Source: Octopus sinensis
Lineage: Eukaryota
DNA length: 64,000 nt
Direction: 5' to 3'
Assembly (NCBI RefSeq): GCF_006345805.1
Contig: NC_043014.1
Location: forward strand, 682,001 to 746,000
The notes below the pieces were generated by a model that saw only the letters and a list, made by a program, of their open reading frames with translations, did no database searches and had not been told where the DNA came from. Shown here piece by piece: positions 1 through 13,254 of this stretch; positions within the stretch are counted from its first letter, which is position 1, and every line of letters starts with the position of its first letter. A program made the translations under genes and the position numbers.

Positions 1-156
1 ACAGACGGATGGTGCTTTTTATGTGCCACCTGCACGGAGGCCAGTTGGGGCGGCACTGGCAACAGCCACGTAGCCGGGGCGGCGCTGGCAACGGCCACGT
101 AGTCGGGGCGGTGCTGGCAACGGCCACGTAGTCGGGGAGGTGCTGGCAACGGCCAC
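1..156 (-). repeat. 5' module of SINE family A with an internal 29-bp tandem expansion (~3.4 copies)
   Basis: Unit GGCAACGGCCACGTAGTCGGGGCGGTGCT recurs at 58, 87, 116 and 145; the preceding GGATGGTGCTTTTTATGTGCCACC matches the family-A module seen elsewhere in the window. Confidence 0.75.
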
Positions 157-839
157 ACACACACACACCCGTGATGTGATTGTGTTTGTGGGTGTGTGTG
201 TGTACAGCAGCAGGTTGACGAGAGCCAATTGTAAAACATAAGGATGTCGTTATTATTATTACAACTCTTGCTATAATTTATTTTATTATTACTATTATTG
301 TTGTTGTTGTTGCTGTTCTTAAGAAGTGTAAAGTCTGTTGAAATGGGGTCATCACAGCTGGTTGACCAGCTGAAGTGCTGTGAAAGACAGGACTTGGGAG
401 CAGGGAGGGGCGGAGACACATTAGGCTCACAGATTACACACACATACACATATACATACAGACACACATGTATACACACACACACAATTAGTCATCCCCT
501 TAATCTTATTATGATGATCCCAGTATTACCATCGCCCCAGCACCAACAACAACCCATCAAGGGAACTGTTATGTGGATTCTTAGGCCCCTATGAATTATA
601 AACTGCCATCACTGGAAAAGAAAGACACATTACATAATGTAGTCCTAGGTACACTGTGCTTAGATAAAAGATAGGCTGGAACATCTTAGATCATAAGTCT
701 GTAAGATCAGGATTGAGCTGAGGCTAAACAGCAAGAAAAACACATCAGATAATGTAGTTCTAGGTAGACTTAGCCCAAATAAAGAGGAGGTCATAGCTGG
801 AACAGCTTTGATTGTAAGGTGTGTTGGATCAGGACTGAC

Positions 840-1080
840 CTTGGGTTAAATAACCCACAGCCACTGACCACTACCTTCGCTGACCATATCTTAACTGCTG
901 GCCAAGCTGAACACCACCACACCAATCTAGGAATATCTTCAATTGTTATGGGCAATGTCCCTCCTCTTAGGTCAACAGGCAACAGATTCAGAAGAGCAGA
1001 GACCATTGTAGTAGTGGTTAGACAACACCAAGAGAGGACACAGCTTAAAAGGAGACAAGTATATCTAGGACTACACTAAC
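840..1080 (+). mobile_element. Decayed non-LTR (RTE-like) reverse transcriptase fragment
   Basis: Plus frame reads TTFADHILTAG...RRQVYLG, resembling the RT FADD motif and the downstream YLG motif. Confidence 0.4.
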
Positions 1081-2195
1081 CAAAGTGACTTTCGTTATTC
1101 TTAAGATGGAAGGATTTGATAATGCGTGTGTGGAGGGTGTAAACTAGGTGGAGTTAGGGTAGCCTTAAACAGGGGTTTAGTAATTGTTTAGAGCTCAAAT
1201 ATCTTCTGTTTCTGCTAAGTCTTCAACACAACAGTTGGGGGAAAGGGAAGAGGCAGTGTCCTGTTAGGGGACACAGGGAATTAGGGACTTGACATTGGCT
1301 GGAATGAGTGAACAACAGAAATATAATTTACATCAACTTTCAGAAACCCCGTGATGAGAGACAAGTGTGTGTGTGTGTGTGTGTGTATAAATATGTGACT
1401 ATTTCATATAAACCAAGCCATCTCTCTCTCTCTCACACACATACATGCACACATCATACCAAACTGTCCATAGCTGCCTGTTCTACCTTGGTATGTTTGT
1501 GTGTCTGAGTATAATTTATGCATGTGTGTGTATGTGTGTATTTACATATTTCCCTGTTTTTATAAAAGCTGACACATAACTTCATACTCGCTCTCCCTCC
1601 TCTCACACACACACATCCCCCTCCTCCCTACAGACATTCATGCATGGATACACCTTCCTTCAGGTTCTCACGTAGATAACTTCCTCTTACACACATTAAA
1701 CACACATGTACACACACACCACACACACATATGAGCACACCTGCTTTTCTAGTGCCAACACACATGAAAAGAAATCCCCTCCAACACACACACACATCCC
1801 TACCCAAGCTCAAATATATTGTGGAGCATTTTTATAAATGACTGATTCAATAATAATAATAATAATAATTTAATGGCGTGCCAAGCTTCAGTGAGCTGCA
1901 AAATCGAGTCCATCTCTCTATTGTGTCTCCCCTGTAAGTTGTCTGTCATAAACCTCACCACTTCTCCTTATAATCTCTTTGATCTTTTTCACATACCTTT
2001 TTACACATCATCATCATCATCATCATAGTCATTATCATACTCTGATATATCAAGATTAGGTATCTTCCTCGTGGTTGTTAGACTCATAATATTTCAGTGA
2101 TTCCATCTTCCAGTTTTCTTCAAACCAAAATCTTGTGACTAACAACCAGCACTAAAACACTCGTCTCTATTATTTTGTTACGTTTTTTTTTTTTT

Positions 2196-2484
2196 AAGCA
2201 CCATCCGAGCGTGACCGATGCCAGCACCGCCTCGACTGGCTTCCGTGCCGGTGGTACATTAAAAGCACCAACCGATCGTGGCCACCGCCAGACTCCCCTG
2301 GCACCTGTGCCGGTGGCACGTAAAAAGCACCCACTACACTCGCGGAGTGGTTGGCGTTAGGAAGGGCATCCAGCTGTAGAAACACTGCCAGATCAGACTG
2401 GAGCCTGGTGCAGCCTCCTGGCTTTCCAGACCCCGGTCAAACCGTCCAACCCGTGCTAGCGCGGAAAACGGACGTTAAACGATG
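2196..2484 (+). mobile_element. SINE family A (modular 5' end, GGACGTTAAACGATG tail)
   Basis: Core GGTTGGCGTTAGGAAGGGCATCCAGCTGTAGAAAC...CCAACCC(G/A)TGCTAGC..GGACGTTAAAC is shared with copies at 4.9k, 8.9k, 24.9k, 34.4k, 43.7k and 45.7k. Confidence 0.85.
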
Positions 2485-2611
2485 CTTAGAACTGCAAGAA
2501 TTCTTTGCAGGGTTCTTGAAGCAAGACCAGTAAACAAGTGTCACCTTTGTCTGCTGGCCGTGAGCAGATGACACTTTCCATCATACCCAACAAAACAAGC
2601 TGAGAGTTTTC

Positions 2612-2642
<31 letters not shown>

Positions 2643-3602
2643 TCCTCACTGCATAAATTAAGACACAATACACATTATTATTAAACATTTAGAAAATATT
2701 TGTCATTAGTGGACGTGTGACCACCACCACCACCATCAGCAATGCGGTCTAATGTAGATGCGTGAGTGAAAAAAGCAAACAGTAAACCGTGAGCATGTTA
2801 GTGTTAATGTGTGTATGTGCTAGTGTCTGTGTATGTAATAGTGTGTGTGTGTGTGTTAGCATGTGTGTATGTATGTGTTAGTGTGTGTGTGTTAGCATGT
2901 GTGTATGTATGTGTTAGTGTATGCAAATGTGTGTCAGTGATTTATTGACATTTCTCACTAATTACAAAAGCTTCTGGAACAACTTTGATAAAATGTCAGA
3001 GTGGAGGCCACCTTCTGTAGGGGAAGACTGGCATTTAAGGATCACCCCCACCCTTCACACTAGTCCCTACTGTTGTTTAGTCTCAGGTCAATCAAAGATG
3101 CTCCACCTGTGTCCATTCTATTCAGATATAGTGTATCTTGGACTAAACTAGGCAATGTGTCCTTCCTTGCTGTTTAATGACAGGTTTGGGTGAATGAACT
3201 GCAAAGACCATGGACCTTCCCTCCCTCCCTCACCCTCACCAAGTGTTGAACAATGGCCTGATGGGATACATATAGGATTCAAGAAGGGTGCAACAGGCCA
3301 AAAGTTCCTTTCTTCTATATAGTAGTCAAGCAGCTGTCATGTAAAGCGTGTGTGTATACATGCATATCATCATCATCGTTTAATGTCTGCCTTCCATGCT
3401 GGCATGGGTGGGAAGGTTTCACAAAGGCCAGCCAGGCAGAAACCTGCACCAGACTTCTGTGACTGTTTTGGCAGGATTTTTACAGCTGGATGCCCTTCGT
3501 AACACCAACCACTTAGCAGAGTGGACTTAGTGCTTTTTACATGGCAGAAGCACAGGTGAGGTCAGTTTTTGGCAAGGTTTTTACAGCTGAATGCCCTTCC
3601 AC

Positions 3603-3716
<114 letters not shown>

Positions 3717-4149
3717 ACCTTCAACTCAATCAACACTGAAAGATTTTATACCCGACCAATCTATAAAATGTTAAATATTAAATCTTATACTAACTATATC
3801 TATTCTGAATCCCGTATTTTCCATTTATAAGACTACACGTGTTTCATGAAAGTACATCAGTAATGATTAGATATGAGGTATCTAGTTTCAATACTTAATC
3901 AGGTCGACATACTCCCAATCTTCAGGTCTGAATTCCTCAACATTTTTCACTATAGTTAGTATAAAAAGCACCATTCGAGCGTGATCATTACCTGCTTCAC
4001 CTTATTGCCACTTGCGCTGGTGGCACGTGAAAAACATTCGAGTGAGGTAATTGCCAGTGCCAATGAAAAGGTGAAAAGGTGGTAGCAATTGCACAATCTT
4101 TTGGGGTGAGTCGGACAACTGTATCGATGATTGTACATAATAAGGACAA

Positions 4150-4450
4150 GATTTTAGCACAAATCAAATCTGAAGCCCCAAGGATGAAGATCACTGTCAT
4201 CAACAAGAGGCAAAATCTTTGAAGGAATGGAAAGTTTTCTTTCTCTTTGGATTGTTAGGTTGAATGGTCAGCTTGCTACAATTAGTCAAGAAATCATTCA
4301 AGAGAAAGCATTGTCTTTGTTTGAGAACTTGAAGAAAAAACATCCAAATGAAAAAGATGTAAAGTTGAAGGCAAGTCAAGGATGGTTCACGAGATTCAAG
4401 GAGTGAAGAAGTTATCATTCCACTAAGAAGCGAGGTGAAAGATTCTATGT
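4150..4450 (+). mobile_element. Tigger/pogo transposase N-terminal (CENP-B HTH) remnant
   Basis: SLWIVRLNGQLATISQEIIQEKALSLFENLKKK...KASQGWFTRFKE* at ~4242-4405, a typical pogo/Tigger motif (IQEKA...F.AS.GWF.RFK). Confidence 0.7.
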
Positions 4451-4654
4451 ATTTGCACAACAGCACCAACAACATATTTATTTTTCAAATAAAGAGGATT
4501 CAGGTGAAAGTCATTGAAAATGTTGATAAGAAATAAAACAGGAAGTTAATGAATGTTTAAGTATTTAGGTTATGTCCCTTCTACTTCCTGTTGAGGAAGT
4601 GCAGACTCTGTGGATTGGGCTTTATTTAGTTACTATTTGCGCTCATTTATATAT

Positions 4655-5570
4655 TACTCTCTTTACTCTTTTACTTGTTTCAGTCATTTGACTGCGGCCA
4701 TGCTGGAGCACCACCTTTAATCGCGCAAATCGACCTCGGGACTTATTCTTTGTAAGCCCAGTACTTATTCTATCGGTCTCTTTTGCCGAACCACTAAGTT
4801 ACGGGGACGTAAACACACCAGCATTGGTTGTCAAGCAATGCTAGGGAGACAAACACAGACATACAAACACACACACACATACATATATATATATACATAT
4901 ATGGTCGTCTGCTAGCCTTGTCTGGCACCTGTGGTCGTCTGCTAGCCTTGTCTGGCACCTGTGTCGGTGGCACATAAGAAAACCATCCGAACGTGGCCGT
5001 AGCCAGTACCGCATCGACTGGCCTCCGTGCTGTGGGCACGTAACAAACACCATCCGATCGTGGCCGTTCGCCAGCCTCGTCTGACACCTGTGTCGGTGGC
5101 ACATAAAAAACACCATCCAAGCGTGGCCGTTCGCCAGCCTCGTCTGGTACCTGTGTCGGTGGCACATAAAAAAAACACCATCCGAGCGTGGCCGTTCGCC
5201 AGCCTCGTCTGGCACCTGTGTCGGTGGCACATAAAATCACCCACTACACTCTCGGAGTGGTTGGCGTTAGGAAGGGCATCCAGCTGTAGAAACACTGCCA
5301 GATCTGACTGGCCTGGTGCAGCCTTCGGGCTCCCCAGACCCCAGTTGAACCGTCCAACCCATGCTAGCATGGAAAGCGGACGTTAAATGATGATGATGAT
5401 GATGATGATACGACAGGCTTCTTTCAGTTTCCGTCTACCAAATCCACTCACAAGGCATTGGTCGGCCCGGGGCTATAGCAGAAGACACTTGCCCAAGATG
5501 CCACGCAGTGGGACTGAACCCGGAACCATGTGGTTGGTTAGCAAGCTACTTACCACACAGCCACTCCAGT
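4655..5570 (-). mobile_element. tRNA-derived SINE (family B/C) interrupted by a SINE A copy at ~4900-5410
   Basis: Tail part 4655-4880 and head part 5410-5570 (reverse complement has box A TGGCTGTGTGG and box B GGTTCAGTCCC) are contiguous in intact copies at 25.8-26.2k and 50.85-51.18k. Confidence 0.8.
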
Positions 5571-5599
5571 GCAACATATATGTGTGTAAAGTACACGTG

Positions 5600-5782
5600 T
5601 GTAGGTGTTAAATGGCATCACTTCACCAGAGTTCCAGCATTGCTTCCGACAATGGAAAACGTGTCTGGACTGATGCATTGCTTCAAAACAAGGAATATTT
5701 TGAAGGCAATAAAAGTGTAAACATCTAAAACTAAGTGAATGAAACAATATTGCAAAACTCCAGCATCTTTTGGGTACCCCCT

Positions 5783-5785
<3 letters not shown>
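5600..5785 (+). mobile_element. mariner transposase 3' end plus TIR remnant
   Basis: EFQHCFRQWKTCLD*CIAS resembles the mariner C-terminus, followed by a TIR-like GCATCTTTTGGGTACCCCTC. Confidence 0.55.
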
Positions 5786-5840
<55 letters not shown>

Positions 5841-6429
5841 CATGGTTTTGTGGTAAGAAGCATTTTTCTCAATCAAATGTTTCTGAATTCGATTCCACTG
5901 AGCAGCAACCCTTGGGCAAGTGTCTTCTACTGTAGCCTTGGGCTGACCAAAACCTTGAAAGTGGATTTGGTAGATGGAAACTGAAAGAAGCCCATCATGC
6001 ATGTGTGTGTGTCCTTATCTTGACATCGCATGATAGTTGTAAACGAGTGTGACTGTTATCTAAGCAGTGTTCTTTAATTTCAATCTTCTGCGAAAATAAG
6101 GTCTTTAAACCAATGATGATATTTTGATATTGTTGAGCAAAATATTCCTGGTAAAAGCAAAAAAAAAAAAAACTGATCAGAATGTTACTGAAATATCTTT
6201 AGAGATGCAGGCAGGAAGCACATCGCTTGTTCCCTGCTGGAGGTAAATCTACGGACCCTGGTTTGGTCACTGATGATAAATGGCAGAAGGGGAAGTGTAA
6301 CAAGAAGTTAAATCTGGAAGAAAAGAAGAGTTGTCTCTCATGAAATGATGTCAGTTGTGGCTGAAAGGGGACAGCCATGGGTTTGTTGTCCTCCTTTCTC
6401 TTGTCTGAAAAAAGGCAACAGCCATGAAT

Positions 6430-6720
6430 GTTGCCAAAACAAATTTTCTATCTCAAGGCCAGCAACGAAATATTTTGTGTTTTTCTAATTCTGGATGTTA
6501 ATGAGACATCACTGAAACAAGTGGAGGTATGTGTTGGAGCTGTACTCACAAGCGATGGTAGAGTGCAGGAAGCTGAACTGGATGCGAGAATTGCAGGTAC
6601 CGGCATGGTAAGGCAGCATCTCAAGCACTTGGTCCTCAGAGAGTCTCGGTCGTGCCTGGGAATCCAACTGGAAAGTCTAATGACAGTTGCTTCTGAAAGG
6701 ATCCTATGGAGGAGGAGGAG
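6430..6720 (+). mobile_element. RTE-like LINE RT C-terminal remnant
   Basis: LKQVEVCVGAVLTSDGRVQEAELDARIA resembles the VE.F.YLG..TSDG...E+DARI motif. Confidence 0.55.
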
Positions 6721-7234
6721 GAGGAGGAGGAGATGCCTAAGGGTTCGACCCCCCACCCCCGTGACCTTTCTGGTTGGCGGTGGGGGGGAGAGAAGATGGC
6801 CGGATGGAGAGAGTTCAAGAAGGAAGATTGACAATTACTCCCTATTGGCAACCCTTCTTTCTCCCGCTCCATCCTTCATGCTGACCAAGGATTAAACACC
6901 AAATCAGGGGACTGATAAAACTTGGTGGTGGGGGTCATTGCAGATATTAAACATACATTGTGTGCATGCATGTGTGTGCAAGTGTATATAATTTGTCAGT
7001 GAGGCAGTTAAACACAGTAAGCCAGAGTGTGTTAAATAACTACTATCTATATAATAACTCTACAACTTATATAATTAATATGTATATAATTACTTTTGTG
7101 TATATAATTACTTTTGTGTATATAATTATTAGTGTGTGTATATAATAACTTCTGTGTATATAACTATTACATATACAACTAGTGTGTGTATACAATAACC
7201 AGTATGTATACAACTCTGTGGCTAGCCTAAATAC

Positions 7235-7267
7235 CTGCAGTAACAAGTTTGACCTCCTTAATTCACA
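7235..7267 (-). CDS. Candidate 33-nt exon of gene A (CELRRSNLLLQ, phase 0-0)
   Basis: Acceptor cccctattctcag, donor CAG|gtattt; only phase 0 is open. Linkage to the upstream chain is unproven. Confidence 0.25.
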
Positions 7268-7303
7268 CTGAGAATAGGGGTCAAACGAGTGAGGGAGCTG
7301 GTG

Positions 7304-7355
<52 letters not shown>

Positions 7356-7678
7356 AATAAAAATATCTTTATATATTTCACAGAGGAGATGGTGTTGGTA
7401 GTTGTGGTGGTGGTGGTGATGGAAGATGTCTATAGTAATGATGTTAACTGGCTCAAGTCAAACAGAAAGACACACAGACAGACAAGGTTGGTCCTGTGTG
7501 TAGTAGTAGTAGTAGTAGTGGAAATGTTGCAAGAGAGCGGTGGTGGTGGTGGTGGTGGTGGTGGGGCTCCCTTTATCTTGATAACACAGTAAAGAAGAGA
7601 AGAAGATCAGTTTTAAAAAGCAGTAAATAAATAAATAAATAACCAAACAGACGGACAGACAGACAAGGATGGTTTTTA

Positions 7679-7716
<38 letters not shown>

Positions 7717-7988
7717 TGTAGGTTTTCTTCAGAGATGATAATATTGAAACAAGGACCTCAGTTACTGTGGCTGGCAGGAAAAAAAAACTTCTTTATTAAC
7801 AGAAATAAACAAGATGTCTTTGAAATGATTCTCTTAACCCAACATCACCATAATCATCATCACCATTATCATCGTAATAACAACCTTGAACCAATATTTT
7901 CTACCATATTGCCAGGTCAGCCAAAGATTTAGCAGTGAAAATTACGAGACAGAGGGAGCTACTAAACACACACACGCACGCACGCACG

Positions 7989-8036
<48 letters not shown>

Positions 8037-8615
8037 TACATACATACATACATCATACATACATACATACATACATACATACATCATACATACATACATA
8101 CATACATGATCTAAGTTATATGATGTATAAAAACATGTAATATACAAATAAATATCTGTAAATATAAACCATCCGATTTTCCGAGTACCTCATTTCTTCT
8201 AATACAAAATACCTGTACATCATCTTCAAACCTTCCAATACATAAATATATATACACACACACACATAAATATTTACACACATGAATATACATATGTACA
8301 TACATAATCGTTGTTTTCACGTCCACTTTTCCATGCTTGCATGGGTCAGTCATAATTGGTTGAGGTAAATTTTCTACGACTGGATGCTCTTCCTGTCGCT
8401 CATCCATGCCTGTTTTCAAGTAAGGTAATATTTCCCCTAATCCTTTGAGCACAAACAGCACAATGGCATGGGTGAACATGTTTCCCCACAGCAGCTAGCA
8501 AACAAACAATCATTGATGTCTAATTTGACTGAGTGCAGAACAACAAGACAAAGAGACACAAACAAACACACACACACTTATATACTGTGTTATATAGGGA
8601 GACAATGTAGCTCAC

Positions 8616-8665
8616 CTATCTTGCGGGTCCTCTCGTAACACTGATCCTTTCCAGACAGGGTTTAT
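8616..8665 (-). CDS. Candidate 50-nt exon of gene A (INPVWKGSVLREDPQD)
   Basis: Acceptor cactcacag, donor TAG|gtgagc; only phase 0 is open, matching the upstream chain. May instead be repeat-derived. Confidence 0.25.
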
Positions 8666-8873
8666 CTGTGAGTGCCCCCACCTACCTAACCTCTGGCCAG
8701 TCCTTTCAACTCATGTGGCCAACATGTTTGTCCTGAATGACAGTCCAAAAGCAAAAGAGACCCACACTAATCAGTCTTCTGCTCACATGACCTCCCTAGC
8801 TCCTGTCCTTCAAGCAAGGCCTTTTGTGTGACATCACTGATTCTGAACATCCAGCAAGACCCCCTCCACCCCC

Positions 8874-8908
<35 letters not shown>

Positions 8909-8934
8909 GAAATAAATATCAATATCAAAGTTAT

Positions 8935-9310
8935 GATGCCTGTGCCGGTGGCACATAAAAAGTACTATCCGAACGTGGCCGATGCCAGCGCTGCCCCGAC
9001 TGGCCTCTGTGCCGGTAAGACCATCCGAACGTTGCCAGCGCCGCCTTGGCTGGCTCCCGTGCCGCTGGCACGTTAAAAGCTCGAACCGATCGTGACTGAT
9101 GCCGGACCCCCCCGGCCCCTGTGCAGGTGGCACGTAAAAAGCACCCACTCCACTCGCGGAGTGGTTGGCGTTAGGAAGGGCATCCAGCCGTAGAAACTCT
9201 GCCAGATCAGACTGGAGCCTGGAGCGGCCCCTGGCTTCCCAGACCCCGGTCGAACCGTCCAACCCGTGCTAGCGCGGAAAACGGACGTTAAACGATGATG
9301 ATGATGATGA
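8935..9310 (+). mobile_element. SINE family A with 3 5' modules and (GAT)n tail, embedded in (TA)n
   Basis: Family core and tail; (TA)n on both sides. Confidence 0.85.
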
Positions 9311-9319
9311 TATATATAT

Positions 9320-9475
9320 ATATACTGGAGTAAACACATAATGTGAAACAAGGTGGAAAAAAGAGTACTCAAATACCAGTGGTAGAGTAATATGCAAAAA
9401 CTGTCCGATGAACGGCAACGGGAAACTCAGAGTAACAGGTTTTGTTGAATTTTCTGCTGCTTTAAATAAAGTATA
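9320..9475. mobile_element. Penelope-like terminal repeat fragment (two segments joined in opposite orientation)
   Basis: 9320-9395 is the reverse complement of 40052-40125, while 9413-9471 matches 39993-40051 directly; carries a hammerhead fold. Confidence 0.55.
9396..9443 (+). ncRNA. Minimal type-I hammerhead ribozyme motif
   Basis: Stem I CTGT/ACAG, core CCGATGA, stem II CG-GCAA-CG (A.G closing mismatch), GAAA, stem III ACT-CAG-AGT, GUA cleavage triplet at 9432-9434. Confidence 0.55.
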
Positions 9476-10034
9476 TATATATATACATAAAATATATGGC
9501 TTTTTTAGTTCCCACTTGCCAAATCCAGTCCTAAGGTTTCAGTTGGCCTGGAGCTGTAGGAGAAGATACTTACCCAAAGTGCCATGCAGTGGGACCGATA
9601 ACAAAACCACAGGGTTGCAAGGCAAAGTTCTTAACTATACAACCACACCAATTGTGTGTGTGTGTGCTGATAGTGGGCCCAGTGGAACTGAACCTGAAGC
9701 CACATGGTTGAGATGAAAAGTCCTTTAACTCAGCCAATTTATCCAGTGACAGAGAGAGGAGGATAAGGTGGGGCCAGAGATAAGGAGACAGAATCAACCC
9801 TGTCCTGTTATTGATTCCAAAAGGGTGAATGACAAAAACTTAAACTTTGGTAGAATTTGAACTTAGAACATCAAGATCCAGAATAAACATTGTAAGTCAT
9901 TCTTACTTTCTGATGCTGAAATGGTTTTACCATTTCACTCTCTACATCAAATATATTAACTCTTAGAACTAGTTAACTACTTAATGCTTTATGTAACCTA
10001 TGTTAACCCTATCCATCTATCTTCTACCCAACCG

Positions 10035-10240
10035 TTTAACCCTTTCATTTCCCCATTTCTAATGAAAGATTGCCTTTCTTTCAAGTAAATTTGAAAATAA
10101 TCACGAATTTAGTAATAATTGCTTTAATGTTATTAAGCTGGTTTGTGGAATATAAGTGAAATTTTAGTGAATGTTTTAATTTATTAGACTTGAATGTAGG
10201 AAATTTACATCAGAGCAAAGGCAATCTGAAAGGGTTACTA
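10035..10240. mobile_element. piggyBac-type MITE remnant (TTAA-CCCTTT...AAAGGG-TTA)
   Basis: Ends TTAACCCTTTC and GAAAGGGTTAC. Confidence 0.4.
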
Positions 10241-13200
10241 TTAAAGGGGTTTAAAAGGGGCAAGAACAAGTTTTAACCCTTTTGTTGCCCTATTTCTGTT
10301 GAAAATACATTGTCTTGGTTTCGATTAATTTTGGAAATATTGAAGGGTTTAGTAAAACCTTCCCAATTCAGCTGGAGAAACATAAATGAAGTTCTGATGG
10401 CGAGGGTTTTCTTTCTCGCTCACTTTCAAACACAGAGGCAGGGTCAATCTCAGCCAGGTTGACATCAAAAGGTTTACTGCTCCTTATATTAATCACGTTA
10501 ACGACGACCATGATCAATGTCGATATTTTCCCAGTGTTTGTTCATTGGTGTGGGTCATGGTTGAACGAGCAGTGGAGGGAATCAAGTCAGTGGTGTTCAT
10601 TTAATGCAGTCACCTCAGAAATCATGAAACGGTTCATTTATTGATTCTTTTATATGCAGACACACACACAAAATCATTCATGCGGATCACTAAATCTATA
10701 TTAGTTTCCAATGCTTTCTATTCTTCCACAATACCAACAAATCTGGATTTACTACAATTTCTATAGACAACTGTTGTCATTGTATTCGGGTGTATGTATG
10801 TATGTGCGTTTGTGTTTCCCTTTTTATAGTTAATCTCACATAAAGTTTGCTATGGTGGTGTGGAAGGGGGTAGACACACATGATATCTTTTGATTTAAGA
10901 GAATAACACAACTCCCGTGAAAAGAAACTGGTTTATTCACCCCCCCCCACACCCTGTTGTATCCTTTTCTATCTGCCGGTTTCTCCTTTTCTTATGCTCT
11001 CTCTCTCTCTCTCTCTATCTCCCTATATTTGCTTACCCCATATTCTTCCTACACCAGCTCCAGTCCCCTTCCACAGCTGGTTTGTCTATTTTTTTTTCCT
11101 ACCTGGTCACCCCCCCCCGTCACCTCACCACCACTATCACCTGACCCCTCAATTTTCTCTAATCCTGACACTCGACAATAACACAAAATACTCGCATACG
11201 CACATGTGTGCACACGCATGCAGACATTCACGCTTCATTGAATCTTTTCAATCAGCAAATTTGCTGCTGTCCATATTTTCAAAATACTCTTTCACTAACA
11301 AATGCTTTGCCACCTTTACAAACAACGGCAATACATCAATCCCTGGGGGTCACACTCCACAACAACTCTAATATCACCAAAGTCTTTGACAGTGTTTCAT
11401 AGCAGGAAGGGGGCTTTTATAGAAATCAATATTGATCTAATCTAATTAGTTTTATAGAGATTGGACTTTCAGTTCTTGGATGTTATTAATTATCCAAGAT
11501 TTGAAAGTTTTTCACGAGATACAACAATCTCAGTTTCCAACCAAGATTCTCTTAAAACTTCCTGTCAGACCATTCATTACAAAAGCCCATTACTTGACAC
11601 CAAAACTGTATTCTTGTCATTAAAGATCCATTGTTCTGTCCTTCTTAAATTCTATCTCCACTCATCCAATTGACAATCCGCCCCTGCCACACACACACAA
11701 TTCAGCTTCAGCTTTTAAATCCAACATCTTTCATTAGATATCCACATGTAGCCATGAAGCAAACATGGGGCTTCAAAGGTATTTTTACAACCATTTCTGG
11801 GGTTACAGGGTTAACAAAGGACTGAGTTATTTATGGGGGAGATTTAGGGGTTAATCACCAGTGCAAGTTGTAGCATTTGGGTCAAGAGGAAATAATATGA
11901 TTTGAACAGTACTGGAAAGAAGATGAATGTCACAACATCACATAATGCTAGTGATACTGTTGGTTAAGTCTTTTTAACAATATTATAAGTGTGTGTTTAA
12001 AGGGGGGGGGACTGATTGGTGGCAAATGTGAAAGCAGATGTACAGGGTTGTGTATGTGTATGTGTGGCATTGAGAGAGAGAGAGAGAGAGTGGGGATGGG
12101 GTAAATTACAGCAACTCCATTGAGTTCTGTGGGAACAAACATTTATTGCTTAAACTTCCAGGACACACAATAGTGTGGCGGTGGGGGGGGGGGTTGTGTT
12201 GATTGAGCGGTGGTGGTGGTGATGCAGTGGTTGGAGTAGTGGTGGTGGTGGTGATGGTGATGCAGTGGTTGGAGTGGTGGTGGTGGTGGTGGTGGATTTG
12301 AAAAAAAATAGTTGTCCTAGAAACTAAGACTGGAGATATTGTCAGCTAACAAGTTGACATATGACAGTGCCTCTGTGTGTGTGGTGTGTGTGTGTGTGTG
12401 TAGACAAACTGAGAGAAAGAGAGAGAGGGAGGGAGGGAGAGAGGAAGTGTGTGTATTCTTTTACCTGCTTCAGTATTAGGCTGTGGCCATACTGGAGCAT
12501 TCCCTCGAAGGAGTTTATTGAATAAAATCAAAAGTTCATATTTTCTAGCCTTGGTTTCTTTCCACTGAACCACAAGAGTGCAGGAATGTAAACAAACCAA
12601 CAACCATTGCCAAATGGCAGAATACACGCACACACGCACAGATATGACTATGTAGTTAGAAGCTTGCTTCCCAACCACTAAGTTCAGGGTTCAGACCCAC
12701 TGTGTGGCACCTTGGGCTGACCAAAGCTTTATGAGTGGATGTGGCTGACGGAAACTGAAAGAATCCTGTTGTATATATGTATTTGAAAACAGTTTGTCTC
12801 CGTTCCACTGACACAAGTCAAAGAAAAAAAAAAAAGGAAAAAATGTAGTTTTAAGTATATTTCATGTCAGTGGTCACCTTAAGATAAAGGGCTCTTGGAG
12901 GGTCCATGACTGAGAATAAACTTAAGATAACCCACATCTCTCCCCACCCACTCTTTCTCTGTTTCTATCACACAATCTCTCTCTCTCTCTCATCTTGTAT
13001 TCATCATCACATCTTAATTAAACACAGCTAGATGTGGTTCACGTTTTTCAGTGAAACTTGAGTTTTATGGAGATCAGCAGAATGGAGGTCATTCAATATG
13101 TCTCCAAAGGTCAAGTCATGCTTCTACATAACCTAAAATTGCTCCTGGTTTTTTTCCCCCCTACTTCCAATCTACACACACACATTATGATTCGACTAAG

Positions 13201-13254
13201 GAATAGCAGTGCTAATCACCAGTCATTAGGGCTCAATATATTCACACTTTAGCA

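Noticed and set aside
870-1060. Open minus-strand frame as a gene A exon
   Set aside because: It is the antisense of a decayed RT fragment.
4794-5386. Repetitive ORFs (FYVPPTQVPDEAGERPR..., CHRHRCQTRLANGH...), also at 45741-46221, and their CRISPR-like periodicity
   Set aside because: These are translations of the ~60-bp SINE A modules. Units repeat over their whole length with no unique spacers, there are no cas genes, and the context is eukaryotic.
8941-9135. Apparent compensatory covariation in the SINE A module hairpin (CGTGCC-ggt-GGCACG vs TGTGCC-ggt-GGCACA)
   Set aside because: Both changes are CpG deamination products (CG to TG or CA), so they do not demonstrate structural selection.
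10430-10520. Open frame ...PFDVNLAEIDPASVFE|gtgagc
   Set aside because: No acceptable acceptor before the upstream in-frame stop.
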